From the NCBI RefSeq assembly GCF_009914755.1, contig NC_060927.1: DNA of 64,000 nucleotides; one strand, written 5' to 3'. Of the stretch, positions 1 to 16,340 are shown one piece after another (within the stretch, counting starts at the first letter, position 1; every line of letters begins with the position of its first letter). A program made the position numbers and the translations under genes. The notes below the pieces were generated by a model. It did not search any database, had not been told where the DNA came from, and saw nothing but the letters and a program-made list of their open reading frames with translations. This stretch comes from the human T2T-CHM13v2.0 reference genome, Homo sapiens.

Positions 1-56
1 CTGCATACTGATTTCCCAGCCTGTCTTCAGGGGCTTTGTTTGCCTGCTTGTTTAAA

Positions 57-168
57 TAGAGATGGGGTCTCACTATGTTGCCCAGTCTGAACTCCTACGT
101 TTAAGCAGTCCTCCCACCCTGGCCTCCCAAAATGCTGGGATTTCAGACACAAGCCACTGCACCTGCCC
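57..168 (-). mobile_element. Alu left monomer / FLAM-like
   Basis: Alu left-arm consensus, reverse strand. Confidence 0.8.
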
Positions 169-169
169 A

Positions 170-1080
170 TGAGTTTTGTTGTTTACTTATTTCTTTAGTG
201 GCTTGGCTTGTTTTAGTAAAGTCTGTTTTCCCTACAATGTGGAGCCTCTGATGTTGCTCCTCAGAAATTGCAGCCTCTGGCTTGCCCAGTCACCCTGGGA
301 TGACAATAGATTCAGCAGCTCTTTCTTTAACTGTCTTCTTTTCCAGATCTCTCTGTTGAGCTGTCTGCCTCTGTTGGTATCACACCTAGCACCTAAATGT
401 TAGCCTCCACTAACCACTAGCTGATCACTCTGCTGTTTTCCACAATGGTCTGGTGCCTAAATTGCTCCACAGTCTAATTCAATTAAGTCTGGATCACTTT
501 CTGGAAGCCAGCCTTTGAGTTTTCTTCTGACCCCAGGAGAGATCTTCCTGTCTGTCTCTGTCCCTGGTTCTCTTTGGAAAACTAGCTGGTCTATGGTTTA
601 TCTTACTTCTCTCAAAGAGCTACCAGTCTCCTCTTAAATGCTTACCATCAACATCTGTATTGTTTTTGAGAGTGCCCTTAGGTTTGAACTTCCCCACATC
701 TTGTGGCAAGTAAAGCTAGTTCCTTTGGGGAGAATTTATAAGCCTTCCAAACTTATGGTCTGCCTCTCTCCCTGGGCAAATCCTCTGAGCCATCACTCAA
801 AAACCAGGGCAGGAGCAGTGATCCACCTCTCTCAGAGTGACATCCAGCTTTAAGGACAGAATGCTGTATAGGGGCCAAGGCCTCTGGTCTTCTCTGCTTG
901 TTTCTCCTGGTGTAGAATCTCCATCCTATGAACAAGCTGGGGCAATGATGATAGAGACCCCAGTGTTTTCAGTGTGCCATGCCTGAGGTAGAACCTCTGC
1001 TCTATGGATGGGATCTGGGTGGACGATGGGAGTCCCTAACCTCTCAACCACATTGCCTAGAAATTAGTCTCTGCAGCATG
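170..1080 (-). mobile_element. Old L1M fragment
   Basis: Resembles, in reverse, the L1M 5' region seen on + at ~12.1-13.2 kb. Confidence 0.5.
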
Positions 1081-1129
1081 TAGCTAGATGGAGGAGGAGA
1101 GGGTCGGGAATAGATGAAAGTTAACAGTA

Positions 1130-1325
1130 CAGGCCTGCTGTAGACCAAATCTTGCCCATGCCTTTCTTTCTAAATAGAGTTTTATTGAAACACATCCATG
1201 CCCACTCATTTACTATAATCTATGGCTGCTTTTCTACTAAAATGGCAGAGTTCAGTAGCTACAACACATACCCCATGGTCTGGAAACCCTAAAATATTTA
1301 CTATCTAGTCCTTATAAAAAGTTTT
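1130..1325 (+). mobile_element. MER58A-like hAT element
   Basis: gttttattgaaacac...ctatggctgctttt...ctaaaatatttactatct. Confidence 0.7.
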
Positions 1326-1990
1326 CTAGAAGGCAGGATAGTAGGCATCCTTGGAGAGGTGGGTAGTAACTGGAACTACCATCTGAGGCACCTAGTCATG
1401 TTCTTCCTCTTGATCCCCATGCTACTTGCATGGTTGTGTTCACTTTGTAAACTTCAATGAGCTCACACTCATGATTTGCACACTTTTCTATATGTCTTTT
1501 AGCAGAAGTTTGCCCCTAAAATTCTCTCTTCTCCTTCAAGACACCCCCCTGACATGATAATTTAAGAATAAAAAGGTAAAAACCCACAAAGCCAAAGAGA
1601 AGGAAAGAGAATAACGGGTGTGAGATGTCATAGGAACTTCAGAATTTGGACAACAGACAAACATGAAGTGATTTAGTTTTCCTCTATTTGGCAACTGCTT
1701 GCAAAAGTGGGGCTCAGGGAGGGGAAAGCTCAGGAACTAAAGATGTCAAACACCTGTGAAGGCAGGGGTATATGGGGATAGGTTAAAATCAGAAGGAGTC
1801 GGTCTGTAAGATCTTGTCTGAGCGAAATGTCTTTGTTCTACTTTCAGCCTTGTGTGAGAGTTTGGCTGCTGTATAGAAATCTGGGTTGGAAATCAAAGTC
1901 ACTATGGTAGTTAAACATAGATGCCTCTCCCAGCTCTCCCAGCTAGGTGACTGTCCCTCCCTCACAGGAAAAGGGAGGTTTCCATCTGGA

Positions 1991-2528
<538 letters not shown>

Positions 2529-2739
2529 ATCTGGAGAAATGAACCAGGAGATGCTGTACGGGGCACTCAGGCCCAGCTGAAGGCAGGGCAGTGTTTGGGA
2601 GAGGGTGTGAGTGAAAGTGGAAACTCCAAGACTCCCCACTCAACTCCCAGACCACGGTAGCCAGGCCTGCACACCGCCCTCTACAGCTTCACTAAAGATT
2701 CCAGAGAGGAAAAGAGAAGACACACACACAAAGAACTGG

Positions 2740-4115
2740 CGATCAGAATGTCTTCAGACATCTCAACAGCACCAGCAAAGCTGTATGATGATGGGTGCTG
2801 ACCTTAAAATTCTGAAGAAGAATGATTTCCAACCTAGATTTTATATGCAACCAAACTCTCACACAAGGCTGGAAGTAGAATAAAGACAATTCTGTCAACG
2901 AGATCTTAGGAAATTCTCTTCCCATGCACCATGCTTTAGGGTGCTATAGGGGAAGTGCTCCACCAAAACAGGGAATCCACCGAGAAAAAAGAAGACATGA
3001 TGTCCAAGAAACAAGATTCAACACACAGGAAGAAAGAACATCCCTGGTGAAGAGAAGTCCCAGAACAGCATGTGGGCTGCGGGCATAGAGGGCACCAGTC
3101 CAGACAGGAGCCAAAGAAGCAAGAGAGGATCCAAAAATCAAATACACAAGAACAGACACACTTAGAGACAGCCTGATTGTTTTCACTATGTTGGGAGGTA
3201 CTGTAGAGTTTTGTCAGAGAACATGGGAATAACTTAGTGACTGGTACTTACAAAGCCAAACAAATTAAAAAGTGAGTTATTAACTATAGGAGAAAAAAAG
3301 TTTAAAGAAGGAAATGTCAGTATAATATGCTATTTTGCTTCACTATGGGTAATCTGTACATAATCATAGTAACGTAAGCACTAAACACTGAATCAGCTGA
3401 GATTTGTGAGATATCTCTATTGGGATCATGGTAGGGTTGGGGGGACTGTGGGAAGGTGTTAGAAAACCAAGCTACTCTTCAATGGTAGGAAATCAGTAGA
3501 TAATGTCTAAAGTTAGAAATCAATCAGTAGTAGTATATGCAGTGGTTACTTGGAGGTAAATACCAGAAGAAAAAATATAAGTGAGTTGATAATGACTGCA
3601 TATGAGCATTGAAGGTGTGAAGTAAAAAGTTAGAGCACAGGATTGCTGCTTTTCATTTTAGGACACATTGATTTTTCAAGCCTTGTAAATGTATGAATTG
3701 CATAAAATTAAACTAAAATATAAAATCACTGACTTTATAGCATAATCCAAAACTAACTCAAGATTTTTCATAGACCTAAATGTGAGAGCTAAAACTAAAC
3801 AAGTTCTAGAATATAAGATTGAAGAAAAGTCTTTGACACCTTGCTTAATGCAAACAAGGTGCAATTATAATGCAAGTTATAATGCAATCTTATAACAAAG
3901 ATTTCTTAGATATGACACCAAAAGCACAATTCACATAAGAAAAAAATTGGACAAATTGGACATCAAAAGTTAAAACTTGTGCTCTTCAAAAGGCATTGTT
4001 TAGAAAATGAAAGAAAAGCCCAAGACTGAGAGAAATAATGATATATCATATATCTGATAAAGAATCTGTAACCAGAATATATAAAGAACTCTTAAAGCTC
4101 AATAATAAGACAACA
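2740..4115 (+). mobile_element. Old L1 fragments (L1M)
   Basis: A-rich L1 ORF1/ORF2/3'-like remnants, e.g. agacctaaatgtgagagctaaaact. Confidence 0.6.
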
Positions 4116-4118
4116 AGC

Positions 4119-4342
4119 AGCTGGGCACTCACACCTGCAATTCCAGCACTTTGAGAGGCCAAGGCAGGAAGACTGCTTGAGGCCAGGAGTTTGAGACCAG
4201 CCTGGGCAACATAGGGAGATGCTGTCTCTACAAAAAGTAAAAAATAAAATTAGCTACACACAGCGGCCTGTGCCAGTAGTTCCAGCTACTCAGGAGGCTG
4301 AGGTGGGAGGATCACTTGAGCCCAGGAGTTGGAGGCTGCAGT
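4119..4342 (+). mobile_element. AluJ, 3'-truncated
   Basis: AluJ diagnostic cttgagcccaggagtt. Confidence 0.85.
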
Positions 4343-4392
4343 TCTGGAGATGGATGGTGGTGATGGCTGCACAACAATGTGAATGCACTTAA

Positions 4393-4707
<315 letters not shown>

Positions 4708-5769
4708 CCAATAGCCTATTTTTATGTTATGGGTATTTTACCACCAAAAAAAAGAAGAAAGTGAAAAACTAGAGAGGGGGCAGGGAGAGAGAGATTGAGA
4801 GAGAGACTCTGGAGGGAGGAAAAAACCAACAAAACAAAATGAGGCTTCTGGGCGTCATCCTAAACCTACTGAGTCAGGACTTTCTCCTCCTTTCCGTGCT
4901 GCCCTCACCAAGGCCCTTTTCCTGAAAACATACTAAAAAGCTGCTTGCCTGGAAATGCCCCAGGTGCTGGGGTGGTAGAAAAGAAGTGTAACAAAGCAGT
5001 GGCTATCGCCCTCCAGGTGCTTACGACCTGGCCAGGGAGATTCACAAACAAGGCAAGACACAGGAAGTAATGCAAGACAATACGCAGTTATGGACTTACA
5101 CACGAGACCTGACCTCGCCATGGGAAAAAGTGCTACAGCTTCACAGAAGAGCCATGGGGAAGTCAGACCAGAGTCAGGCCTTGACCCAAAAGGATCTTCC
5201 CTGTTTGCGTCCGGGATGCCCCAGTCTCTGCATTAACATTTATTACAGACACCCAAAAAGGAGTTTAAATCTAATGTTGAAGAGAGCAAAGGTTAAATAA
5301 ATAAATAAATAAGTGAATGGATGAATGAAGAGACAAGTATGGCAAAAATCAGACAAAAGCTGTAAAAGAAACCCAATGCCAGGAATTCAGAGTAGGGAAA
5401 GCGATCCCAGTGGTCAGGGATCAGGAAGGGCTCCATGGAGGAGGTGGCTTGTGAGCTAAGAATTGAAGGATTTCCATGTGTGGAAACAAGAAATTATCCC
5501 AGACAAAAGGAGCACCAGAAGCAAAGGATCAGAGGTCTATTCAGGGATTGTGGGGCAACCACAGAACCATACACACTGCAATCTTCTGGACCTCCTCTCT
5601 TAGACTGCATGGCTCTCTACGCTCAACTAGCAATCATCCTGCAAAATCCAGCTCACCCTTCCCTCTTCTCCAAGGTCTTCCTAATCCTCCTCTCCACCCT
5701 CTCCACAGTTCCCCTCCCCGCTTTCCCAAAGCACTTTGTTCCCATGACTGTTATAGCTTACCAGAGACT

Positions 5770-6175
5770 GCTGGTTGTCCCCAGATATCCAGTTTCTCCT
5801 AGTTCCAGAACCTGCCATTTTTTGACAGGCACATGGCTGCCTAGGATAAAGATTACATTTCTCAACCTCCCTTATGGCCAAGTGCACTAAGTTCTGGCAA
5901 AAGAGATGTGCGTGGGTGATATCCAGAGCACAAGGAACCACTGTGCCAGTCATCTCCTTTTCTTCCCTTCACTGGTGTGATGGTGAGCTGTTTTGGGCCA
6001 CAAGAAGATAACACCTTAGGGGTGCCTTAGGGACACCTTAGGGCAACCTTAGGGATGGTGGTGCGACATTAGAAGGAGCTGCCTCATAATCATGGAGCTG
6101 CCATACCAACCCAAGATTTCTCATATCCAGACTGATGCCCAAGAAAGAAACTTCTATCTTGTCCAAGATACTATG
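5770..6175. mobile_element. MLT1-type MaLR LTR
   Basis: cacatggctgcct...ctaagttctggc...aaacttctatcttg. Confidence 0.55.
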
Positions 6176-6421
6176 ATTTTGTTTTGTTTTTGACAAATCT
6201 TAATTGTATATATTTATAGGGTACAATGTGGTGTTTTGATATATGTACCCATTGTGGAATGGTTAAATCAAACTAATTAATATATTCATCACCTCACTTA
6301 TTTTTTGTGGTGAGTATACATTAAAATTTACTTTCAGCAATTTTGAAATATACATTATTATTAACTATAGTCACCAACCTGTGCAATTTATCTCAAAAAT
6401 TTATTCTTCCTGTCTAACTAA

Positions 6422-6858
<437 letters not shown>

Positions 6859-7010
6859 TGAATAGTGCTATAGTGAACATGGGAGTGCAGATATATCTTT
6901 TGCACATACTGACTTCATTTCCTTTGTATCTATACCCAGCAGTAGGACTGGTAGGTCATAGGGAGTTCTATTTTTAGTTTTTTGAGGAACTGCCATATTG
7001 TTTTTTGGGG

Positions 7011-7313
7011 TTTTTTTTTTTTTCTTTTTTTGAGATGGAGTTTCACTCCTGTTGCCCAGGCTTGAGTGCAATGGTGCGATCTCGGCTCACTGCAACCCCG
7101 CCTCCTGGGTTCAAGCAATTCTCCTGCTTCAGCCTCCCAAGTAGCTGGAATTACATGCACCTACCACCACGCCCGGCTAATTTTTGTATTTTTAGTAAAG
7201 ACGGGGTTTCACCACATTGGCCAGGCTGGTCTTGAATTCCTGACCTCAGGTGATCTGCCCACCTTGGCCTCCTAAAGTGCTGAGGTGACAGGTGTGAGCC
7301 ACTGCACCCGGCC
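7011..7313 (-). mobile_element. AluS
   Basis: Full Alu, reverse; TSD tgccatattgttt. Confidence 0.95.
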
Positions 7314-7547
7314 TGCCATATTGTTTCTCATAATGGTCGTACTAATTTACATTCTCACCAACAATGTACAAGAGTTCCCTTTTCTCTTGTTGTCTTTTTG
7401 ATAATATCATTTGAACAGATGTGAGGTAATATACTATTGTGGTTTTATTTGCATTTCCCTGACGATTAGTGATGTTGACCATTTTTTCATATACCTGTTG
7501 GCCATTTGTATGTCTTCTTTTAAGAAATGTCTATTCAGGTCCTGTGT

Positions 7548-7805
7548 CTTTTTTTTCCAGACAGGGTCTCTCTCTGTCACCCAGGATGGAGTATAGTGGC
7601 ACAATTATGGCTCACTGCAGCCTCAGCCTCCCAAGTAGCTGGGACTACAGGTGCATGCCACCACACCTGGCTAATCATTTTATTATTTGTCAAGACAGTC
7701 TCGCTATGTTACCTAGGCTGGTCTCCAGCTGCTGGGCTCAAGTTATCCTCCCTCCTCTGCCTCCCAAAGTGCTGAGACTACAGGTGTGAGCCACCATGCA
7801 CGGCC
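7548..7805 (-). mobile_element. AluJ with internal deletion
   Basis: AluJ-like, reverse. Confidence 0.88.
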
Positions 7806-8669
7806 TTCTTTGCTCATTTTTAATAGAGTTATTTGTTTTCTTGCTATTGTGTTCCTTACACATTTTGAATATTAACCCCTTATCAGATATATGGTTTGCA
7901 AATATTTTCTCCCATTCCATAGGCTGTGTTTTCACTCTGATAATTGTTTCCTTTGCTGCGCAAAAGCTTGTTAGTTTCATATAATCCCATTTGTCGATTT
8001 TTGCTTTTGTTGCCTATGCTTCTGGGATCAAATCCAAAAAAAACCATTGCCTAGACCAGCATCATGAAGAATTTCTCCTATGTTTCTTCCAGTAGTTTTA
8101 TAGTTTCAGGTCTTACATTTAAGTCTTCACTCCATTTGGGTTGATTTTTATATGTGGTGTGATAGGATCCAACTACCTTTTTCTACATGTGGATGTCCAA
8201 TTGTCCTTCCCCATTGTGTGCACTTGGCACTTTGTCAAAGTCAACCAACCATTTATGCATGGGTTTATTTCTGTTAAGACACTATTATTTTGAGATTTAA
8301 TTACCACTGGTATATCTTAATTCCTAGACTCATCACACTACACGGTAGCGGTGTGTCCACATTTCTTTCTCCTGTGCCAAGACGGGAGCTCCTCCATGGC
8401 CCACAGCCTCAGCACAATGCCTGGCCATTAAGACTCAGAAGCAGTCTCTCATACATCCTGTTAGCCCTTCCCAGCTTCTTCTAATGGCCAGATATTTTAC
8501 ATATATTATTCATGTCCTTCACCAAGTAATGACTGAATTACCTATGTGCTAGGCCAGAAGCCAAGTGTGCATTTTTACAAATCTTCATAGGTACTCTGTA
8601 AAGTAAGCACTACTCTACAAGTAGGAAAGTATGACTTGCCCCCCTCCCTCTACATTATCTGCCTGGTGC

Positions 8670-9650
8670 AACTCAAAGCCTGGCTAAGTCTGACTCTCCT
8701 CCTGCCTCACTCTGCACCCCAGCAGTTAATGTTGCTGGGGAAACAGCAACCAGGGGACTGGTTTTACTTCAAAGTCAAGACCACAGGCTGACAGAGGCGT
8801 TTGGGAACCTGGGCACATTAATGGGTCAGGACACGCTCTCATTGTCTTAGTGGGGCTGTCTCAAGAAGATGCGGGTGGCAAACCTCAGCACAATGGTACC
8901 TGAGGGAAGGCTGCCTTTTAGGCATCTTTCAGGGCCTGCGGGATAGCATTAAATGCAAAAATACAAAATTACATTTTAATGATGTTCAGAAAAGAGGAGT
9001 AAGGCATAGCACCCCAAGATAGCCCCCAAGATGTGGGCCTACTCCAAGATGACAGAATCACAACCTCTCCTGTCCCTTCCTATTCCATCTTCACCCTCAG
9101 TTGATGGTGATCTTGCCTCTTCTTTCACAAGAAATTAGAGCAATCTGAAGAGAATTCCCTTATCTTGCTGCCACTAAATCTACAGGCATCTGCTCCCATA
9201 TATTCTGCTGTCCTGTCCCAATACACAAGCTTCAAGGGCTCCTATCTAGGGTCAGCTCCTCCATTTGTAAACCAGTCCCCATTTCTTCCTGCCCATGAAA
9301 TTCCTCATGTGTTAGCATAATCCTCCTCTTTCATGACGTTTTCACCCTGTAGTGGATTATTTCCATCAGCATCAACAGACATTCTGTCATTTGTCCCCTC
9401 TTTTAAGATCCCCTAGCAACTTCCTGTGCTCTCCAGCTCTTACCCCAATTCTCTGCTCCTCTCTACGCCAAATCCTTTAAAGAGCTGTCCATATAGGTCA
9501 TAGCTACTTCCTCATCCCCAGTTCTCTACTGAACCCTCTCTACTCAGGCATCACCCCATCATCTTCTGAAATTGGCTTTGTCAAGGTCATTAATAAGCTT
9601 GATGTGGCCAAACTCAGTGGTCAATTTTCAGACCTCGAGTTATTTAACTC
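8670..9650 (+). mobile_element. L2 fragments
   Basis: Degenerate L2 ORF2-like sequence (ccccaattctctgctcct...agagctgtcc). Confidence 0.55.
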
Positions 9651-9669
9651 CAAAAGTAACACATGAATC

Positions 9670-9990
9670 AAGAGGTCAAATGTAACCCACAAATGTGTTT
9701 TGTTTGGACAACACAGTGTTGGTTTTTAGTTTGAATTCACTGCCAGCATTAGAAATCAGGATATTCACATAAAAATCTAGATGTCAAGTTTCTCTGGAAA
9801 AATCTGAAAGTCTAAGCTCACATTCCTACCTGGCAATAGACTGGCAGTGAGTCATGGCTGACTCTGGAGACAGGGCATGGGGTTTCCAGTTTGCCAGTCC
9901 CCACCACTCAGGATTGGCACATTCAGCTTGCTTCACTTACTTATGTCACTTTCCTGGCACCTAGAGGCATTTGCATTTGTAAACTCTAGA
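9670..9990 (-). mobile_element. MER102/MER103-like hAT element
   Basis: ttcacataaaaatctag...tttccagtttgccagtccccaccactc. Confidence 0.55.
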
Positions 9991-10462
9991 GTAAGACTTA
10001 AAACTCACAAGTTATGAGCACCTATGTTTCCTGCTTTATGAAAGAAGACAAAACAGTGGGAGAGAATACAGTTTGTGTGTATAAAGCAGCAGCGCTGAGA
10101 AGCAGTGAACCTCAGCAATGGCTGAGTTTCTGGTTCTAGGCATCCTAAGTTTCTGGTTCTAGGCATTCCAATCCATCCTGCAGTTCAGCTGTTCAGCCAA
10201 ACCTTGAAGGTCATTAGTTTTCGTATATCTTTCCTCTTGCGCTGATTTTCTACTTGATCTTCTATCTTTAGACCAGTGATACAGCTTTTAATTGCTAGCT
10301 TATTTAACCCTTGTATTGGTTCACTGATTGTTCCACTGTTCATGTTAGTTATCTGGTTTTGCCCACCTGAGCTGAACTCCTGGAAGACAGATACAAGTTG
10401 ACACCACGGTTCATCAAAAACAGCTTTGGTAGTACAAGTCATTCATTTATCTCTCAACATAG

Positions 10463-10804
<342 letters not shown>

Positions 10805-10807
10805 TAG

Positions 10808-11111
<304 letters not shown>

Positions 11112-11539
11112 AACCAATAGTATTTAACTATATGTTGCAAAATACATAAAATCATATATGTGACTAGATCATAGTGAAGTGCACTGTGAGTAAGCTCTTA
11201 ATAATAGTTTTCTTTGGTAGAAATCAGATTGAGCCATCATTTGGCCTTTTAAAGTGGTTTCCTGAAAGGGGAATGAAGGTGGTACAGAGGCCCAAGGGAC
11301 TGTTTGCACATATAACTGTCACCCATAACAGACATCCCTGCAGGAAAAAACTATTGCAACTAGCTGTTCTAGAAGCCCAAGTCCATCCCATGATCATTAT
11401 ATACTTTTCTATAATGAGAACGGAATACATATAAAATACACCTTACAATTCCCTTCAAGGACTGCTACACCAAACTGAAAACTTTCCTCCCCTTTTTAGG
11501 TCTCATGGACGTCAATATGAATAAGTTTTATATAGTGGT

Positions 11540-11900
11540 ATTATGGGCTGAATTTTGTCCCCATAATATTCATATGCTGAAGTCTTAACCCTTAGTACCT
11601 CAGAATGTGATTGTATTTTGGAGATAGGGTTTAAAGGAGTGACTAAGTTAACATGAGGCTATTAGTGTGGGTCCTAATTTAATATGACTGGTGTCCCTAT
11701 AAGAAGGGGAAATTTGGACACCACAGAGAGGTACCAGGGGCGCATGTGCACAGAGGGAGGACCATGTGAAGAGGTAGCAAGAGGGCCATCTGCAAGCCAA
11801 AGACAGGCCTCAGCAGAAACCAACCCCACAGACACCTTGATCATGGATTTCGAGCCCCCAGAACTGTAAGAAAATACCCCAGCCCTAGCAAACAAATATA
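11540..11900 (+). mobile_element. MLT1A/B-type MaLR LTR
   Basis: tatgggctgaattttgtcccc...gacaccttgatcatggatttc...cagaactgtaag. Confidence 0.75.
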
Positions 11901-13414
11901 ACCTGGGTTAAATATGAGTATACTCAAGAGCAATTCATATACAGCCACCACTTACCCCTGCATGGAACAGCCCAGGCTGCTGTTTCTGCATTTGCTTCCC
12001 GTGGCAGCTATCACTTCTTATTGCTGGTAATGCCTTCCTTTGCTAACATCCTGTCCCTTTTACTAAACTGACATTGCCTGAAAAGATAGATACCCATAAG
12101 AGTTAAAACTGTAACTTTAGTGACATCAGTGAAATTAACAGAGTAAGGACCTCTGAAAATTCTCTCCTCCATAAAGGCAACATGAAGCCTAGCAAAAATG
12201 GTCAAAATCACGTATTCAGAACTCTGAAAAGTAACCAAAGGCTCGCAGCAGTCTAGGAGCATTTATTCTGGAAAAACATTTGAGTCATGATGAAAACAGT
12301 GAGCTCTGTCCTCCTTCATCCTCTCCCTGTTTCCTAGTTCTGCAGTTACCTTGAATACCAGCAGCCTGGCAGTCTCTAGAGGAAGCAGAATAGAGTTAGA
12401 GTTCCTTCAATGCTCTATTCCAACAGAAGTCCTATTATTTGACTTGTCTGGAAGTTCTCTGGAAGATCCCACTTGCAAGGCTGTCTTATTTGACTTGAGT
12501 TGAAACTCAGAGCTCACCCAGCGCAAAAAGCCTTTGCCCGGGGGCATTTCTCAAAAACATTTAGAGGGAATTATTTAATTTCACAACTGCCTGAGGCAGT
12601 GAGTAATGTTTAGGACAATTAATAGGTTACCCGAAAGGATTTTTTTTTCAACTGGGAAATGGGCATCCATAGGGGCTTGGAAAAGCTCCAAAATATTCCT
12701 ATGAATCTAGAAGGCCATTTGCACTGGCAGAGCACATATTTATGCCCATGGCTGTTCACATGGTTGGGATAACCTGAGAACACCCTAAACTCTAACATCA
12801 GGCTGACCTTGAGGATCTACACCAGCAGAAAGTGAAGGCTAAGGCAGAGCTGTCAACTGCATGCTGAGTGTTGAACACATACGCAGAGCCTCTCAGCAAA
12901 CATTAAGAGACCTATTGGTTTCAAGTGTTTCAGGAAATCTGTCTAATCATTAGCTGACATTAAGCTATTCAAACAGAGACTTCAGTGGCCATATAGAACA
13001 AAGAATACAGAGTTTACAGAATTTGTGCAGGTAAGTTACTAAACAAACAAACAAATAACAAACAGCAACAAAAACATACCCTGGGGATGGGGGAAAATCT
13101 GATTTCCAAAGTTGACACACTTTTTTTTTAATGTCCAGTTTTGAGCAAAAAGTTATTAAACATGCAAAAAATAAATAAAAACCGAAAAAGTATGGCCCAC
13201 ACACAAGGAGAAAAAATCAACAGAATCAACAGAAATTATTCCTGAGAAAACCTAGATGCTGGATTTATTAGGAAAATATTTTTAAATCATCAATTTTAAA
13301 TATGTACAAAGCATTAAACATGTTTAAAGCATTAAAGGAAAGTATGAGAACACTATCTTACCAAATAAAGAATATCAAGAAAGAGATATTTTAAAAATAG
13401 AAATTCTGGAGTTA

Positions 13415-13643
<229 letters not shown>

Positions 13644-14213
13644 TTAAAAAGGAAGAAATATTTCAAGTCAATAACTTAACCTTCTACCTTAAGAAACTAG
13701 AAAAGTGGGAGCAAACTAAACTCAAAGCAAGCAGAAGGAAAGAGATAATAAATATTGGAGTGAAAATAAAATAAAAATAGAGAAAATCAACAGAATCAAA
13801 AATTTTATTCTTTGAAAAGATTAACAAGGTTGAAAAATCTTTAGTTAGACTAATTAAGAACTAAAAAGTCTCAAACTGGTAAAACCAGTAATGAAACAGG
13901 GACATAATTACAAATTTTACAGAAATAAAAAAGATTATAAACTAATACTACGAACAACTGTATGCCAAAAAATACATAACTTATATGAAATGGAAAAATT
14001 CCTAGAAAGACACAAACTACCAAAACTAACTCAAGAAAATGGAAAATGAATGCATGTATTATAGGAGATTAATTTAGTAATTTAAAAAAATCCCACCAAT
14101 GGAAATTTAGGTCCAAAGTCTTCATTGGTGAATTCAATAGAATGTTTAAAGAATTAATACCAGTACTTCAAAAACTTTTCATAAAAAAAAAAAAAAGTTA
14201 AGAAAACACTCTT

Positions 14214-14548
<335 letters not shown>

Positions 14549-14812
14549 TTATGAGGTCAGTGTTACCCTGATAGCCAAAGAAAAAAAGTCACTACAGGCC
14601 AATATTGCTAATGAATATAGATGCAAAGATCCTCAGCAAAAAAAAAACACATTATCATCTCAATAGAGTCAGAAAAAACAAGTTGACAAAATTCAACAGC
14701 GCTTCAAGATATAAATACTCAAAAACCTAGGACTAGAAGGGGAATTCCTTAACCTTAAAATGATATCTATGAAAAGCCTACAGCTAAAATCATACTTAAT
14801 GGCAAAAGACTA

Positions 14813-15428
<616 letters not shown>

Positions 15429-16193
15429 TTAAATTAAGAAAACAATTCCATTATAATACCATGCAAACAGAATACTTAGGAATAAATTCAATAAAAGAAG
15501 TATAAGACTTCTTTTGGACCTTGAAAACTATAAAACATAATTGAAATAAATTAAGGAAGACCTAAATAAATATGGAAAGACATCCATGGATTAGAATACT
15601 TAACATTGTTAGGATGGCAATATTCATTAATTACCACAAAAATTCCAGCTGGCTTCTTTGCAGAAATTGAAAAGCTGAACCTAAAATTCATATGGAATTC
15701 AAGGGACCCAGAATAGCCAAAATAATCTCAGAATAGAGTTGGAAGACTCACATTTTTGAATTTCAAAACATAGTGCATAGGTACAATAATCAAGACTATG
15801 TGGTACTGACATAAAGATAGAGAGACATATAAGTCAACAGAATATAATTGAGAATCCAGAAATAAATCCATACATTTATGGTTAATTGATTTTAGACAAG
15901 GATGCCAAGACAGTTCAATGAGGGAAAGAACAGTCTTTTCAACAACTCTCGCTGGGACAGCTAGACACTGATATGCAAACAAAAATTAAAATGAATCAAA
16001 GATCTATATGTAAGAGCTAAAACTATAAACTTCTAGAGGACAACATAGGTGTAAATCTTCTTGACTTTGGCTTCGGCAATAATTACCTAGATGTAACACC
16101 TAAAGCACAAGCAACAAAAGAAAAAAAAATTGGATTTCTTCAAAATTAAAAGCTTTTATGCTTCCAAGTTTACCCTTAAGAAAGTGAAAAGAT

Positions 16194-16340
16194 GGCCGGG
16201 CGCGGTGGCTCATGCCTGTAATCCCAGCACTTTGGGAGGCTGAGATAGGTGGCTCACGAGGTCAGAAGTTCGAGACCAGCCTGGCCAACATGGTGAAACC
16301 CCATCTCTACTAAAAATACAAAAATTAGCTGGGCGTGGTA
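16194..16340 (+). mobile_element. Alu left arm
   Basis: ggccgggcgcggtggctca...aaaattagctgggcgtgg. Confidence 0.9.

Noticed and set aside
10122-10167. 23-bp tandem duplication
   Set aside because: Ordinary local slippage with no functional context
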